Below are positions 60,311 through 64,000 of a stretch of 64,000 nucleotides of DNA, in pieces. The notes beneath the pieces are model-generated. The model was not told the DNA's origin. It made no database searches and saw only the letters and a list, made by a program, of their open reading frames with translations. The DNA is from Hemiscyllium ocellatum (taxonomy: Eukaryota), in contig NW_026867476.1 of assembly GCF_020745735.1 (NCBI RefSeq), forward strand, positions 974,427-1,038,426. The letters run 5' to 3'. Position 1 is the stretch's first letter. Every line of letters begins with the position of its first letter. Position numbers and translations under genes: made by a program.

Positions 60311-62506
60311 CAAGTTTTGGGATTTACATATTAGTCCATTGAATCCTGCGTCCCCATTCTAAGTGATTGAAGACTTAACAGTAATCTTGGTTTGTTCATT
60401 CCGTCGTATCAGTTGTATGACACTTTGATCTTTTACTGTAAACTCTTTGTCCTATGATCTTGCCCCACTAGCTACCTGACAAAGGAGCAACGCTCCAAAA
60501 GCTTGTATTTTCAAATAAACCTGTTGGACTGTAACCTGGTGCTGTGTGATTTTTTGAACTTATATATTTTTGTTAGCAGAAGAGCCCCTTACATGTTAGC
60601 ATAGAAAATAGGAGTCAGAATAGACCATTCAGTGGCGCCTTCAGTGATGGATGCATTGTTCAATGAGGTAAGCATTGTTTTCATGGACACAGAGACAGGT
60701 TGTGCCGTGGGGAGGAGCCAGAATTAGAACCTAAGGACCCAGACAGAGTTTAGAGAATCTAAAGTGAATGTTATGGAAACTGATAGAAGTCTTTCACCTA
60801 GTCCTCCGCACAGGTCGTAAAGCAAAGTATATATAAAGTCAGTTAAACTATAAAATCCATGAGGAAACTGCCCACAAGAAGCATCCAACCCAACTCAGTG
60901 TTCAACGTTTTCAGTGTGTTTTTCTCACCAAACTGTCAGAGAACTGCTCAGAGTGGTGTAACACAATCTGTTAGTCTGAGATTCAAATACTCTTGAGTCC
61001 AGCCAGTAATGGATATTTATTCCTGTTCTAGCTAAATGGTGTCAGAAATCTTTGTAAGAAGTATACCTCGGGGTAAATTGAGGGACAGGTCAATTAGGAG
61101 GAGTGATGGTGATAACTTCACAAGAATTTTATCACATGTTACGGACCCATGGTTCTCCATTTTGTATTTGTCCTTGTGGTTAATTCAGTGTCCGTGATAA
61201 TGTATAACCTTTTGAACAACTGATCCATGAACTGCGTGATAGCGGCTCCAGGAAACCAAAATACTGAAGTAAAACAAAGAACTTTGGCTGCTGAAGATTT
61301 GAAAGCAAAATAGAAATTGCTGGAGGAACTCGGGGGGGGGGGGGGGGGGGGGGGTTCTGGCATCATCTGTGGATGAAGTTCTGAAGAAGGGTCACTGAAC
61401 TCGAAACGTTAACTCTGCTTCCTCTACACAGATGTTGGCAGACCGTCTGCGTTTCTCCAGCTAATTCTGTCTTTGAACCAAAACGCTGACACTGTTGAAC
61501 GATTCAGAGGACGACACAAAATGTTTGCCAAGAGATAAATTATTTGCTGCGGGTTTCGCACGGGCTGTGCTGATTGATCGTCTCAAACTCCACACCCTCG
61601 AACTTCGGAACTGGTTTAAAAAAAATTCAGGAATCTCTTGCTCCCCAGCCCGGCCAGAGATTGTTGCATTTCTAATGTAACGCATGGAGGGAAGGTTACC
61701 CAGCACGCCCCGCGCGCGCGAATACGGCCTATCTCCATCGCTGCGGTTGTGCCGCGCAAGTGCGTCAATCCCCGGGTCCCAGGAGGCCTGACTGAGCGTG
61801 CGCGACACTGTTCCCGGAAGCTGTGCTGAGATGGTACAGGGAGTGATGGCTACTGGAGTCAGAGGCGCTGGGATGTTGGGGGAGTAGGGGCAGAGAGAGA
61901 CACTGCAGTCAACTCCAGCCGTGCAATTCGAGGAGGGAGGGGAGAGGGAAATAATAAATAAGGAGTAACACTTTGGGAGGGGTGTGGGAATCAGGAAAGC
62001 TCTGATCAGGACGGAAACCCTGGAAGGTGGATGGGGAAGATTCCCCTGCAAGTTGGAGGCCCCAAAGCTACAGGTAGGCTTCTGCGGTGATAATGTCTCT
62101 ACCTCTAGGGTAGGAAGACCTGGGGTTCAAATCCCACCTGGTCCAGAGGTGGGCAATAACATTGCAGCACAGTGGTTAGCACAGCTGCTTTGCAGAGCTG
62201 GGGACTTGGGTTTGATCTCACCCTCGGGCGACTGTCTGGGTGGAGTTTGCACGTTCTCCCCCTTTTCACTGAGTCAGTACCATATCAAGGGCCGAAGGTC
62301 CTGTACTGTGCTGCAATGTTCTATGTTAAAAATCACACGACATCGGGTTATAGTCCAACCGGATTATTTGGAAGCACTAGCTTTCAGAGCACTGCTCCTT
62401 CATCGGGTGGTTATGGAGGTTAAGATCATGATCACAGAATATATAGCCAAAGGAGTCCAGGGTCATGTACTATAAACAATCTTAGATTGAGAATTTCATC
62501 TTTTAC

Positions 62507-62715
62507 TGAAAAATGTGTTGCTGGAAAAGCGCAGCAGGTCAGGCAGCATCCAAAGAGCACGAGAATCGATGTTTCAAACATAAGCCCTGAAAAAGGGCTT
62601 ATGCCCGAAACATCGATTCTCCTGCTCCTTGGATGCTGCCTGACCTGCTACGCTTTTCCAGCAACACATTTTTCAGCTCTGATCTCCAGCATCTGCAAGA
62701 CCTCACTTTCTCCTA
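62507..62715. mobile_element. Short fold-back PLE pLTR element
   Basis: Inverted arms CTGAAAAATGTGTTGCTGGAAAAGCG... / ...CGCTTTTCCAGCAACACATTTTTCAG. Confidence 0.85.
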
Positions 62716-63726
62716 ATTTCATCTTTTATAATGGGATCTGCTGGTTTCTGTTCTTTGATATATAAATCCCAGAACTGTTTTTAAATTACATTCTCAAGGT
62801 AGCTCAGGTTTTTAAACATTAGGTGTGAAGTCTATTTTCCATGTTCCCCCCACAGTGGAAAGATGTGTAGATTAGGTGTATTAGCCATGGGAAGTGCAAG
62901 GTTACAGGAGATAGGTAGAGGGGCGGTGTAGACTTGATGGGTCAAATAGCCCGCTTCCACACTGTAGGGATTCTATGATAGCATTTGTGAGCAAGTCAGT
63001 TCCCAAGACACATAAAATGACCCATTTTGATTCACTGTGAGTTTTAGGGTCACTGGAATCAGAAGGGAAAATGATTGGTTTAACTTCCATTCAGCATAAG
63101 AAGGGCTGGAGAGTTGAACCCATCCCAAGTAGAGAGAGAGAGATAGAAAGAGAGAGAGAGAGAGAGATGGGGAAATGGACTGATGGAAAGCGATGGGTGG
63201 AGGCAGAGGGAGTGGGTGTGTGGGACGGGACATTTTCAGCTCTCGGGTAGAAGGGGAAACCACGTTCTGCAGAAACACGAGATGTCTGTTCACGCATTTC
63301 TATCCTGTACTGACAGGGTTTGTAATCTCCATTTGCAGAATCTTAAAATGAGAGTATTCCCAGACTGGAAATGCAAGTTGAACATCACTTTAAGATCTGG
63401 CGGAGTCACTCGGTTGAGACGGACCTGAGTATCATCAGTCTTTGGGAGGAGTACCTTTGTCTGTACTGTTTGTGGGAAAGATTTCAAACATTGATGAGAC
63501 TGAAAGAGTACCAAGATGCCCGTACACTCAGGAGTAAGCATGTTTCAGCACACTGACTGTGGAAGGGCCTTTGAACCAGTTACAATCCTGAGTGAGAGGG
63601 AACTGGATGAAAAGGCTTACCCAGGCTGAAGAATATTTGTATCATTCATAGTGTGGGGGGGGGGAACTGATGTGTGTGTTCTTTATGTAGACGACCAGCA
63701 TCAGCCGACTGCCCAGTCCTCACACC

Positions 63727-64000
63727 ATGGAGAAACCGTGGAAATGTGGGGACTGTGGCATGGGGTTCAGAACTCCATCTGAGGTTGAGATCCATCGACG
63801 CAGTCACACCGGGGAGAGGCCGTTCACCTGCGCCGAGTGTGGCAAAGGGTTCGCCGATTCATCCCACCTGCACAGACACCAGCGGACCCACGCCCGGGAA
63901 AGTCCCTTCGTCTGCCCCGAGTGTGGGAAGGGGTTCACCCGCTCGCAGCACCTCGAGGCACACGGGCGCACTCACACCGGCGAGAGGCCGTTCGCCTGCT
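63727..64000 (+). CDS. C2H2 zinc-finger protein, truncated by window end; ZNF-4
   Basis: CACCATGG Kozak; [42 protein letters not shown]...; candidate acceptor at 63316. Confidence 0.9.
   Translation, partial: MEKPWKCGDCGMGFRTPSEVEIHRRSHTGERPFTCAECGKGFADSSHLHRHQRTHARESPFVCPECGKGFTRSQHLEAHGRTHTGERPFAC

Noticed and set aside
61461-62051. 196-aa minus ORF and CpG-rich patch
   Set aside because: No recognisable domain. It may be the ZNF-4 promoter or first exon, but support is too weak to call.

Overview
Vertebrate genomic DNA, most likely from an elasmobranch (shark), inferred from HE1-type SINEs, CR1/HER1-type LINEs and 'MEKPWKC' zinc-finger genes. The window is part of a cluster of C2H2 zinc-finger genes with no visible KRAB domain: three complete ORFs, one running off the end, and one or two relics. 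About 6-31.6 kb is a retrovirus pile-up. A 15.7-kb degraded class I (gamma/epsilon-like) provirus, ERV-A (10505-26245), carries a second, internally deleted provirus, ERV-B (12790-20053, 4-bp ATAG target-site duplication), inserted in its gag. An older third provirus, ERV-C (about 6060-9079), has an apparent 2H phosphoesterase domain between protease and RT. A solo LTR with a GTGC duplication lies at 30748-31581. The rest is CR1 LINE fragments, HE1 SINEs, many fold-back Penelope-like elements carrying minimal hammerhead ribozyme motifs, minisatellites, and CpG-island promoter candidates, one with a tandem CCAAT-box array. There is an assembly gap at 48814-49002. Family assignments come from motif recognition without database searches, and repeat boundaries are approximate unless a TSD is given.
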